DNA of 64,000 bases from contig JBBQZX010000023.1 in assembly GCA_038207335.1 (NCBI GenBank), positions 28,847 through 92,846 of the forward strand. The letters run 5' to 3'. The position numbers were made by a program, and so were the translations under genes. Position 1 is the first letter of the stretch, and each line of letters begins with the position of its first letter. Positions 29,729 to 39,400 of this stretch are shown piece after piece. Under the pieces are notes generated by a model, which made no database searches, was not told the DNA's origin, and was given only the letters and a program-made list of their open reading frames with translations. The DNA is from Chthoniobacterales bacterium. GTDB taxonomy: Bacteria > Verrucomicrobiota > Verrucomicrobiia > Chthoniobacterales > Chthoniobacteraceae.

Positions 29729-31398
29729 CCGATCCAGCTCCACCCCCTTCATCGCCGCTTCCAAAGGCCACCGTGGTGAAGAAAAAGGCCGCGCGACTTT
29801 CGCCCGTCTGGATCATCCCGCTCCTCGCCGCGTTGCTCGGCCTGTGGCTCGTCTGGCAGCACTATTCCTCGCTCGGGCCGCTCATCGAAGTCCGGTTCGA
29901 GACAGCGGAGGGCGTCGTCGCTGGGAAGACTGGCGTGCTCTGCCGCAGTGTCGGCATCGGCATGGTGGAAAGTGTGCGGCTTTCGGAGGACATGAAGGGC
30001 GTCGTCATGATGCTGCGCATTGACCACAAGGCGGCGGAGCTTTTGAAGAAGGACGCGCGATTTTGGGTCGTGCGTCCGCGGTTCGGCGGGAGCGGGATTT
30101 CGGGCCTCGGGACGCTCGTCTCGGGGAGCTACATCGAACTCGATCCGGGTGCATCGTCGATCACTTCGCGCCGGTTCATCGGGCTCGAAAATCCGCCGGT
30201 CACGCCGCAAGGAGTGCCGGGGCTGCACGTCACACTCGTCGCTGATACCGCGGGATCACTCGGACCTGGGTCGGCAGTCTCGTACAAAGGGATCAAGGTC
30301 GGGCGGATTGAGAGCCGCAAGTTCAGTACGGAGAATCAGCGGGTGGAATTCGGGGCTTTCATCCAAGCTCCGTACGGCCCGCTCGTCACGGATCGCTCGC
30401 GATTTTGGAATGTGAGCGGGATCGATCTCGACGTGAGTTCGGCGGGGGTGCGGCTGCGCACGGGCACGCTGGAGTCTCTGGTCGCGGGCGGCGTGGCCTT
30501 CGCGGCTGACGATACGGGCGTGGCAGCGAACCCCGCCGCCGATGGCGCGGTCTTTCCCCTCTACGAAAACAGGGACAGCACCGAAGAGATGACTCTGAAT
30601 CCGCGGCTAACGTATCTTCTGCTTTTCAAAGACAGCGTGCGCGGTCTGGCGAAAGACGCTCCGGTGGAGTTCCGCGGCATCCGTGTCGGCACCGTCGCGG
30701 ACATTTCGTTCGACTATCTACCTGACGACTTGGAGCGCCGAGTGCCCGTGCTCATCAAGCTCGACCCAACGCTCATCGCCGACCTGCCGAAAGGCGACCT
30801 CTCAGCGGGGCCCGAGCTTATCGCGAAACGCGTGCAAGACGGCCTCCGCGCCACCCTGCGCACCGGCAGCCTCATCACCGGCCAGCTCTTTGTGGACCTC
30901 GATATTTCAAAAGACGCACCGCCCGCCGAGGTCACGATGATCGGTGACTACCGCATCATCCCGACCATCTCCTCCGGCCTCGGCCAACTCCAGGACAAGC
31001 TCACCGCCCTCCTCGACAAACTCCAGGCGCTGCCGCTCGACGAAACGGTGAAAACCGCGAACGGCGCGCTCGCCGAAATCCGAGGCACCGCCGAGGAGGC
31101 CAAGACCGCCGTCGCCGGGCTGAAATCCGCCTCCGAAAACCTCGACAAACTCCTCGCCTCGAAGGACACGCAAAATTTGCCCGCCGACCTCAAAGCCTCG
31201 CTTGCATCGCTTCGGAAAACATTGGACGGCTTCAATCAAAACTCCGCCGTCTATCGCGAACTCGCCGTGACGATTCAGGACCTTAGCAGCGCCATGCGCT
31301 CCATCGACTCCCTCGCAAGCACGATCGAGCGAAAGCCCAGTTCGCTCCTCTGGGGAAATCCCAAAGGCACGGTCTCGCCTCCGAAAGCCAAACGCTGA
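29725..31398 (+). CDS. pqiB: Multi-MCE-domain intermembrane transport protein PqiB
   Basis: VWIIPL, FWVVRPR, SGLGTLVSGSYIELDPG, RFWNVSG, APVEFRGIRVG, LRTGSLITGQLFVDL. Confidence 0.9.
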   Translation: MTDPAPPPSSPLPKATVVKKKAARLSPVWIIPLLAALLGLWLVWQHYSSLGPLIEVRFETAEGVVAGKTGVLCRSVGIGMVESVRLSEDMKGVVMMLRIDHKAAELLKKDARFWVVRPRFGGSGISGLGTLVSGSYIELDPGASSITSRRFIGLENPPVTPQGVPGLHVTLVADTAGSLGPGSAVSYKGIKVGRIESRKFSTENQRVEFGAFIQAPYGPLVTDRSRFWNVSGIDLDVSSAGVRLRTGTLESLVAGGVAFAADDTGVAANPAADGAVFPLYENRDSTEEMTLNPRLTYLLLFKDSVRGLAKDAPVEFRGIRVGTVADISFDYLPDDLERRVPVLIKLDPTLIADLPKGDLSAGPELIAKRVQDGLRATLRTGSLITGQLFVDLDISKDAPPAEVTMIGDYRIIPTISSGLGQLQDKLTALLDKLQALPLDETVKTANGALAEIRGTAEEAKTAVAGLKSASENLDKLLASKDTQNLPADLKASLASLRKTLDGFNQNSAVYRELAVTIQDLSSAMRSIDSLASTIERKPSSLLWGNPKGTVSPPKAKR

Positions 31399-31414
31399 AC
31401 CACTTTTCACCAAA

Positions 31415-31984
31415 ATGAAGACTCTGCTCCGCCTCACCGCACTCGCCGCCGCGCTCACCCTCTCCGCGTGCAGCACGCCTGAACAATATTACCGGCTCAG
31501 CGCCGATGGTCCGCCGCCGGCGAACAGCTCCGGCTTCGCGCTCGGTGTGGGGCCGGTGACACTTCCCGATTACATCGACCGCGGCGAGTTGGTCTTTCAA
31601 AGTTCCGACACGCGCTTCGAAATCCCCTACGAGCAGCGCTGGGCTGGGTCCCTCCGCGACACCGCCACGCGCGCCATTGGCACGAACCTCGCTCGCCGCC
31701 TCGGCACCGGAAACCTGCACATCTACCCGTGGCCCCCGGCCACACCGCTCCGGTATCAAGTGCGCGTCGATGTGCGTCAGTTTCACGCTCGCTCGGGCGG
31801 CGATGCAATCCTCGAAGCCTCATGGAGCATCGAAAATGGCGCCACCGGCCGGGTGCTGGTGAGGCGCAGCGGAAATTTCAGCGAACCCGTTCTGCGAAAC
31901 GGCTACGAAGGAATCGTCGCCGCGGAAAGCCGCCTGCTATCGCGATGCAGTCGAGCAATCGCGGAGTCTTTCCCAGGGCGGTAA
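31415..31984 (+). CDS. pqiC: PqiC-family outer-membrane lipoprotein
   Basis: Lipobox LSAC, YYRL, VGPVTLPDYIDR, RWAGSL; follows pqiB. Confidence 0.85.
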   Translation: MKTLLRLTALAAALTLSACSTPEQYYRLSADGPPPANSSGFALGVGPVTLPDYIDRGELVFQSSDTRFEIPYEQRWAGSLRDTATRAIGTNLARRLGTGNLHIYPWPPATPLRYQVRVDVRQFHARSGGDAILEASWSIENGATGRVLVRRSGNFSEPVLRNGYEGIVAAESRLLSRCSRAIAESFPGR

Positions 31985-32033
31985 GTTCGCGGTTCGCAGT
32001 GAGGCAGGTACTAACAAATTTCGAAATAAACTC

Positions 32034-32061
32034 TTGCGGTATGGCATGGATGCCATACCAT
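32034..32061 (+). promoter_or_regulatory. vapBC promoter overlapped by a perfect palindromic operator
   Basis: TTGCGG-16 nt-TACCAT with inverted repeat GGTATGGCAT-GG-ATGCCATACC (32038-32059). Confidence 0.7.
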
Positions 32062-32067
32062 CCATGC

Positions 32068-32310
32068 ATGAAGATGACGATGCACATCGATGAGGGTGTT
32101 CTCTCCGAAGTCATGAGGATTACGGGCGTTGCCAGCAAAACTGGCGCGGTCGAAGTCGCGCTCACGGAGATGGTGAGGCGGAGTCGTTTCAAAGAACTCG
32201 CAAAAGCGGGACTCGGGTTGAACTCCGAGGAACTTAAAAACGTGTGGGAAGATCCGTTCGAGGAAAGGCTCCTCCGGGTCGCCGAAACTCCTCCCGACTA
32301 TGCCAGCTAG
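32068..32310 (+). CDS. vapB: VapB-type antitoxin
   Basis: MKMTMHIDEGVLSEVMRITG..SKTGAVEVAL ribbon-helix-helix-like pattern; overlaps a PIN gene. Confidence 0.8.
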   Translation: MKMTMHIDEGVLSEVMRITGVASKTGAVEVALTEMVRRSRFKELAKAGLGLNSEELKNVWEDPFEERLLRVAETPPDYAS

Positions 32311-32692
32311 CGTGGTCGTCGATAGCTGTTTTTACATTGATCGACTCCGCGCGGGCATCGATCCATTCAAGGAGCTTGCTACTTACGCCGATACTTGGGA
32401 GTTCGCGACTTGTGGGGTCGTAACGCTCGAGGTGCTGCGTGGCGTCAAGCATAAGGCGTCGCATGACCGCATGCAGCAGCTTTTCAGCTCGATGATCTAT
32501 ATTCCCACCACTAATCCGATATGGGAGGGTGCCGCGGCCTTGGCTTGGCAGCTCGACCGCCTCGGGCGTCCGATGCAAGTGACTGACCTCCTCATCGCAG
32601 CCAGCGCCCTCCATTCCGAAGCTGTACTGCTAACCTTCGACCGCGATTTCAACGCCGTCCCCGGCTTGCGCGTCCTCTGCCGACTGAGCTAA
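32300..32692 (+). CDS. vapC: PIN-domain toxin VapC
   Basis: VVVDS, EVLRG, DLLIAASAL, LLTFDRDF. Confidence 0.88.
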   Translation: MPASVVVDSCFYIDRLRAGIDPFKELATYADTWEFATCGVVTLEVLRGVKHKASHDRMQQLFSSMIYIPTTNPIWEGAAALAWQLDRLGRPMQVTDLLIAASALHSEAVLLTFDRDFNAVPGLRVLCRLS

Positions 32693-32873
32693 AATTGCAC
32701 GAATTGTGGCGAAGGCGGTTTTGCGTGACACACGCTTTTAGCGGTGCTATGTGGTGCCCATGGTTCACGATGGCATGAGAAAGCTCAAAAGCTCCGGGAG
32801 GAGTGTTGGAGGTAAGTAAATCCCGCTGACGAAATTGCTTGCGCGTTTTTGCAACCAACCCAGAACCGCCACA

Positions 32874-33371
32874 ATGGATCACGCGCTGCCTCGCCATTTG
32901 CAAACGAGCGTATGCATACTAGCGCTCGCGGGAGGCGGTTATTTGTCGCGGACAGCATGTTCCGTAGCGCAAGCATCTGAAGTCCCTCCCTTGGCGGCCG
33001 CGGAAGCCACAGCAAAGGATGTGGCTGAACTGGAACAGGAGAAGGCGGCGCGGACTGAGGCTCAAAAGAAGCTGGATTCGCAAATCGTGCTCGCTCTCAA
33101 GAAAGCGCGGGGCGAACCGCCATTCGACAAACCGACCACCGTGCAGCCAGATCTCACGATCCGACCCGATGGGCGCGTTTCGGTCGATATGGATGCCGCT
33201 GTGTCGCAGGAGCTTTTGGAACAAATCGAGCGCGCAGGCGGAAAAGTCGTGAGCAGCTTTGCGGCTTCTCGGACGATCCGGGCATGGATTCCGCTGGAAA
33301 AAATCGAGTCGCTGGCGGCGCGCGACGATGTGAAATTCATTTCCCCTGCGGCTACGGCCGCGACGAACTAA
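32874..33371 (+). CDS. Stand-alone protease propeptide-like protein (putative inhibitor or chaperone of the downstream protease)
   Basis: Aligns by eye to the prodomain of 33431..40816 (EKAARTEAQKKLDSQ vs EKESRTPAQRKLDSQ; LAARDDVKFISPA vs LAARRDVRFVAPA); hydrophobic N-terminus. Confidence 0.75.
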   Translation: MDHALPRHLQTSVCILALAGGGYLSRTACSVAQASEVPPLAAAEATAKDVAELEQEKAARTEAQKKLDSQIVLALKKARGEPPFDKPTTVQPDLTIRPDGRVSVDMDAAVSQELLEQIERAGGKVVSSFAASRTIRAWIPLEKIESLAARDDVKFISPAATAATN

Positions 33372-33430
33372 GCAGACCACGAGCGGGCGCGGCGGGCGCG
33401 ATTTGACCGGAAGCAGCAGGCAAAAACCCC

Positions 33431-36400
33431 ATGAACACAACTCACAATCTTCGGCGCGCTCTCTTGGGCGTGAGGATCACCTGCATTCTCACGGCAGTAG
33501 TGCTGCTCCTCGGAAAAGCATTCGCCGCGGAGAGCATCGGCGCGAATACCCAGGCACAAATCGCGTCGCTGCTCGTGGAAAAAGAGTCACGCACGCCGGC
33601 CCAGCGGAAGCTGGATTCGCAGTTGATTTACTTTTCAAAGCAGACCCGAAATCAAGCGATCACGCCCGCGGTGGTTGCCCTGCAAACGAGTATTGAAGCG
33701 GACGCCGTGAAGCGTGTGCTGGTGGACATCAAGGCGACGGTTTCGCAGCCGCTGCTGGATTTCATCGCCGCGTCGGGCGGCTTAGTGGTGAATGAATTCG
33801 CGGCGTTCGACGCCATCCGCGCGCAATTGCCCGTCGGCTTTCTCGAGACGCTCGCGGCGCGCCGCGATGTTCGTTTCGTAGCGCCTGCGGGGAGGGCTCA
33901 GACGAATCTGGGTTCGGTCACTTCCCAAGGCGACCGCACCCATCGCGCGGATACGGCGCGCACGGACTTTCGGACCAACGGCGGCAGCGGCGTGAAAATC
34001 GGTGTGATGTCCGACGGGGTGGATTCGCTCGCGGCGTCGATCGCGAGCGGAAATCTCAACCCGAATACCACAGTCATCTCCGGTCAGGCGGGCTCAGGGG
34101 ACGAAGGGACTGCGATGATGGAAATCGTCCAGGACCTCGCACCGAACGCGCAGATTTATTTCGCAACCGCTTTCAACGGTCCGGCGAGTTTCGCATCGAA
34201 CATCCTCGCGCTCCAAGCTGCCGGCTGCACCGTCATCGTGGACGACGTGACTTATTTCAACGAGTCGCCGTTTCAGGATCAGCAAATCTCGCAGGCGGTG
34301 AATACCGTCTCGGCGGCTGGCGTGATGTATTTTTCCTCCGCGCGAAACTCCGGCAGCAAGGACAAGGGAACGTCGGGGACGTGGGAGGGAGATTTCGCGG
34401 ACGGCGGCGCGGCGGCGGTCGGCTCGAAGGCGGGACGGCTGCACGATTTCGGGGGAGCGGTCACTTTCGACACGGTGAACTCCGGCGGCAGCAGCCGGCG
34501 TGTGGATTTGTTCTGGGCCGATCCGGTCGGAGCTTCGACCAACGATTACGATTTGTTCGTAACCGATGCGGCCGGGGCAGTGCTTCGCAGCTCGACGAAT
34601 ATCCAGAGTGGCACGCAAGACCCGTACGAATCCACAGGCACGCTGAATGTCGGCGAACGGATAGTGATCGTGAAAACAACGGCGGCGGCGAGCAGGTTCC
34701 TGCATCTGGATACCGGCCGGGGGGTGATCGCAATCAGCACGCCAGGCAATGTCCGCGGGCATAATGCGGCAGGGGCTGCCAATGCATTCAGCGTCGCCGC
34801 GACCGACGTGAACAACTCGCCGAGTCCGAATTTCTTCGTCGGTGGCGCGAGCAATCCGGTCGAAGGCTTCAGTTCCGACGGCCCTCGGCGCATTTTTTTC
34901 AATCCGAATGGCACGGCGATCACCCCTGGCAATTTCTCCTCAACCGGCGGGACGGTGCTGCAAAAGCCCGATTTCACCGCGGCTGACGGCGGGGCGACTA
35001 GCGTGAGCGGATTCACCACTTTCTACGGCACGTCTGCCGCGGCACCACACGCCGCAGCCATCGCTGCGCTCATAAAATCGTACAATCCTGCGCTCACTCC
35101 CGCGCAGATTCGCAGCCTCCTCAGCAGCACCGCACTGGACATCGAGGGCGTCGGTTACGACCGCGATTCCGGCAGCGGGATCATCATGGCGCGAGCCGCG
35201 ATCCAGGCGGCACCCGTCCCGCCGACAGCGATCATCACGCTCCCGCCGAGCGTGATGGAAGGCGGCGCGGCCGGCAGTGGCACCGTGACCATCAACCCGG
35301 TGCCCACTTCGGCGGTGACCGTAAATCTCACCAACAGCACACCCACGCGGCTCACCATCCCGGCAAGCGTCGTCGTCAGTGGCGGCCAAGCGTCGGTCAA
35401 TTTCTCCGTTTCCGCTGTGAATGATGCGCTGCTCAATGGATCGCCGAGCGTGAGCGTCAATGCCAGCGCCGCCGGTTACACGGGCATCCCCGCAAATATC
35501 ACAGTCATCGACAACGAGACGACGACTCTGAGCGTGACGCTTCCCGCGACCGCCGCGGAAGGGGCTCCCGGGCTCACGGGAACGGTTACGACCGCCGCAA
35601 ATGTGGGTGCCAACGTCGCCGTGTCACTTTCCTCGAACGACTTGACGGAGCTGACCGTGCCCGCGACCGTCACGATTCTTTCGGGTCAAAACTCGGCGGC
35701 TTTTCCGCTGACGATCGTGGATGACGGAATCGTGGACGGAACGCAGACGCCGACGATCACGGCGCAGGTCACGGGGTGGACTTCGGGCAGCGGGTCGATG
35801 TTGGTGACGGACGTCGGAGCGCGGAATTTTCTCACAGAGCTCTTCGACGATTCCGCAAACGACACGGCCGGCGCGACCTACACATTCGTGCCCATCGCGA
35901 CATCAAGCGGATACACCGCGACGCGTGGAGTGGCTGCCGTTTTTCCCACCGATCCGACCGGCGGCACCGCGATCTCCGCAGACGACGACACGAGCACTGC
36001 GGTGACGCTCTCCGGCGGCGCACTGGTGAAACTTTTCGGCGTCAGCTACGGCACCCTCTACGCGGGCAGCAATGGCTACCTCACTTTTGGCAGTGGTGAC
36101 ACGCAGTACGCCGAATCCGTCGCCGCCCACTACACGCTCCCGCGCATTTCAGCACTTTTCGATGACTTGGATTTCTCCGCCGGCGGTACCCTCACGTATC
36201 GCCAGCTCGGGGACCGCGTCGCGGTGACCTGGCAGAACGTGCCGGAATACGCCACGACCAACTCGAACAGTTTTCAAATCCAAATGTTCTTCGACGGACG
36301 CATCACGATCACGATTCTCTCGATCGTCGCGACCGATGGGCTGATCGGCGTTTCACCCGGCGGTGGCGTCCCGGCGAATTTCGTAGAGACCGATTTTAGC

Positions 36401-39400
36401 GCGCTCGGCACAGGCTTCATCATTGGGCCGACGGTGTCGTCGATCGCGAATCAAACAATCCTCGAAGATCAGCCGACTATCGCGCTCGCCTTCACGGTCA
36501 GCGACGATCGGACGGCGTCCTCGAGCCTCATCGTGAGCGCGCTTTCGTCGAACACGACGCTGGTGCCGGTAGGCAGCATCGCATTCGGCGGAAGCGGCGC
36601 GAACCGCACGGTGACCGTCTCGCCCGCAGCGAATCAGATCGGCTCGACGACAATCACCATGCAAGTCACCGACGGCGACGGAAATACCACGAGTGTGCCA
36701 TTTTCGGTGACAGTGACGGCGGTCAACGACGCTCCCAGCTTCACGCGGGGCTCGTCGCAAATCGTGCTCGAAGATGCGGCGGCGCAAACGGTCGCTGGAT
36801 GGGCAACCGCGCTCAGTGCCGGGCCGGCGAATGAGGTTTCACAGGTGCTAAATTTCATCGTCTCCAACAGCAACAACGCGCTTTTTTCCGTTCAACCGAC
36901 GGTCGCGGCAAATGGCACGCTGACATTCACGCCTGCCGCGAATGCCAGCGGCTCAGCGATCGTCTCCGTGCAAATCCACGACAATGGCGGCACCGCGAAC
37001 GGCGGGGTGGACACCAGCGCCGTGCAGACTTTCACGATCGCGGTCACTGCGGTGAACGACGTCCCGGCATTCACGAAAGGCGCGAACCAGTCCGTGCTCG
37101 AGGACGCTGGCGCGCGCACGGTCGCCGCGTGGGCGACGGCAATTAGCGCGGGAGCCGCGGATGAAAGCGCGCAGGCGCTGGACTTCATCGTGAGCAATAC
37201 GAACAACGCGCTTTTCTCCACGCAGCCAGCGGTCGCAGCGAATGGCACGCTGACTTTCACGCCCGCCGCGAATGCCAGCGGCTCGGCCATCCTCTTCGTG
37301 CAAATCCACGACAACGGCGGCACGGCGAGCGGCGGCAGCGACACAAGTGCCGCGCAGACCTTCACGATCACGGTCACCGCGGTGAACGACGCGCCACGCT
37401 TCACCAAAGGCGCGGATCAAAGTGTGCTCGAAGACTCGGCCGCGCGGACCGTCGTAGGCTGGGCGTCAGCACTCAGTGCGGGGCCGGCGGATGAAAGCGG
37501 GCAGGTGTTGGACTTCATTGTGAGCAACACGAACAACGCGCTCTTCTCCGCACAGCCGTCGATCACAGTGAACGGGACACTGACCTATGCGCCCGCTCCA
37601 AACGCAAACGGCAACGCAATCGTGACCGTGCAGCTTCACGACAACGGCGGCACCGCGGGCGGTGGCGTGGACACGAGCGCTGCGCAGACTTTCTCGATCG
37701 TCGTGGACGCCGTGAACGACGCGCCGACGCTCTCGGCCATCGCGAATCCCGCCGCTATTCTCGAGGACGCGCCGGGCATGCAGACGATCGATCTCAGCGG
37801 AATTTCGACGGGGTCTGTGAACGAATCGCAAGTCCTCACCATCACCGCCGCGTCCGATAATCCGGCGCTCATTGCGACGCCATCCATCGCCTACACAAGC
37901 CCCGGCGGGACGGGTTTGCTGAGCTATGCGCCAGCGGCGAACATGAGCGGCACCGCGACAATCACGGTCCGCGTGCAAGACGATGGCGGCACTGCGAATG
38001 GCGGCGTGGATGCCGTCACTCAGACTTTCACCGTGACGGTGACAGGCGTGAATGATGCGCCGAGCTTCACGCGCGGGCCAGACTCAACGGTGCTCGAAGA
38101 TGCCGGTGCGCAGATGATTCCCGGCTGGGCGGGCGCCCTGAGCGCCGGGCCAGCGGATGAAAATGGGCAATCGCTCAACTTCATCGTTTCCAACGACAAC
38201 GCCTCCCTTTTTGCTTCCGCACCAGCGATCTCGCCGGGCGGCGCGCTGAGTTTCACCACCGCTTCCGATGCAAATGGAACCGCGACGGTTACAGTGAAAA
38301 TCCACGATGACGGCGGCACCCTAAACGGCGGTGCGGATACCAGCGCGGCACAGACTTTCACGATCAACGTGACGCCGGTGAACGACCCGCCAACGCTCAA
38401 CGCTCTCGCGCCCATGACTGTGGCGGAAGACGCCGCCCAGCAGAGCGTGCCGCTCGCAGGAATCGGCACCGGTGCCGCGAATGAAGTCCAGACGCTCGTC
38501 GTCACCGCGACCTCCAGCGATCCCGCGATCATCGCGGCGCCGGCCATCGACTTTACGAGTCCGAATGCGACGGGCACCCTGCGCTTCACGCCAGTCGCGA
38601 ATGCCAACGGTTCGGCGACGATCACCGTCACGGTCAACGACGGCGGCGCGGAAAATCCGACAACCACTCGCACCTTCACCGTCGGGGTCACCGCGGTCAA
38701 CGATGCGCCGGTATTCACGAAAGGCAGCGACCAAACGGTGAACGAAGACTCCGAGACGCAGACAGTCGCCATATGGGCAGGAGGCGTCTCCGCGGGTCCG
38801 CATGATGAAGCAGCGCAAGCGCTCGATTTCAGCGTCAGCAATGACAACGCGGCGCTCTTCACCTCTCCGCCGACATTGAGCGCGACTGGCGCGTTGAGCT
38901 ACTCTCTCGCACCCGATGCAAACGGCTTTGCGACCGTCACGGTGCTGCTGCACGACGACGGCGGCACGGCGAACGGCGGCGTGGACACGAGCGCGCCGCA
39001 GACCTTCACGATCACGGTCGTGCCCGTGAACGATCCGCCGTCGTTTCTGAAGGGCGCGGATCAAAGCGCGCGGCAAAATGCGGGCGCTCAGAGAGTGCCA
39101 GGCTGGGCCACAAATCTGAGTGCAGGACCCGCGGACGAAAGCGGACAGGCGCTCGATTTCATCGTCTCAAACGACAACCCGGCGCTCTTCAGCGTGCCGC
39201 CAGCGATCGGCCCGGATGGCGCACTCACTTTCACTCCAGCGGCAGACGCGAGCGGCACTGCGACCGTCACCGTAATGCTTCACGACAACGGCGGGACGGC
39301 TCCCGGCATCGACACCAGCGCCGCGCAGACCTTCCTCATCAGCACGACATTTGTGAATGACGCGCCGAGCTTCACCGCCGGCGGCGACCAATCGGCCGCG

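Noticed and set aside
33371..33431. Stop-codon read-through joining the small propeptide ORF to the protease
   Set aside because: The ORFs are in different frames, and the protease has its own signal peptide and prodomain.
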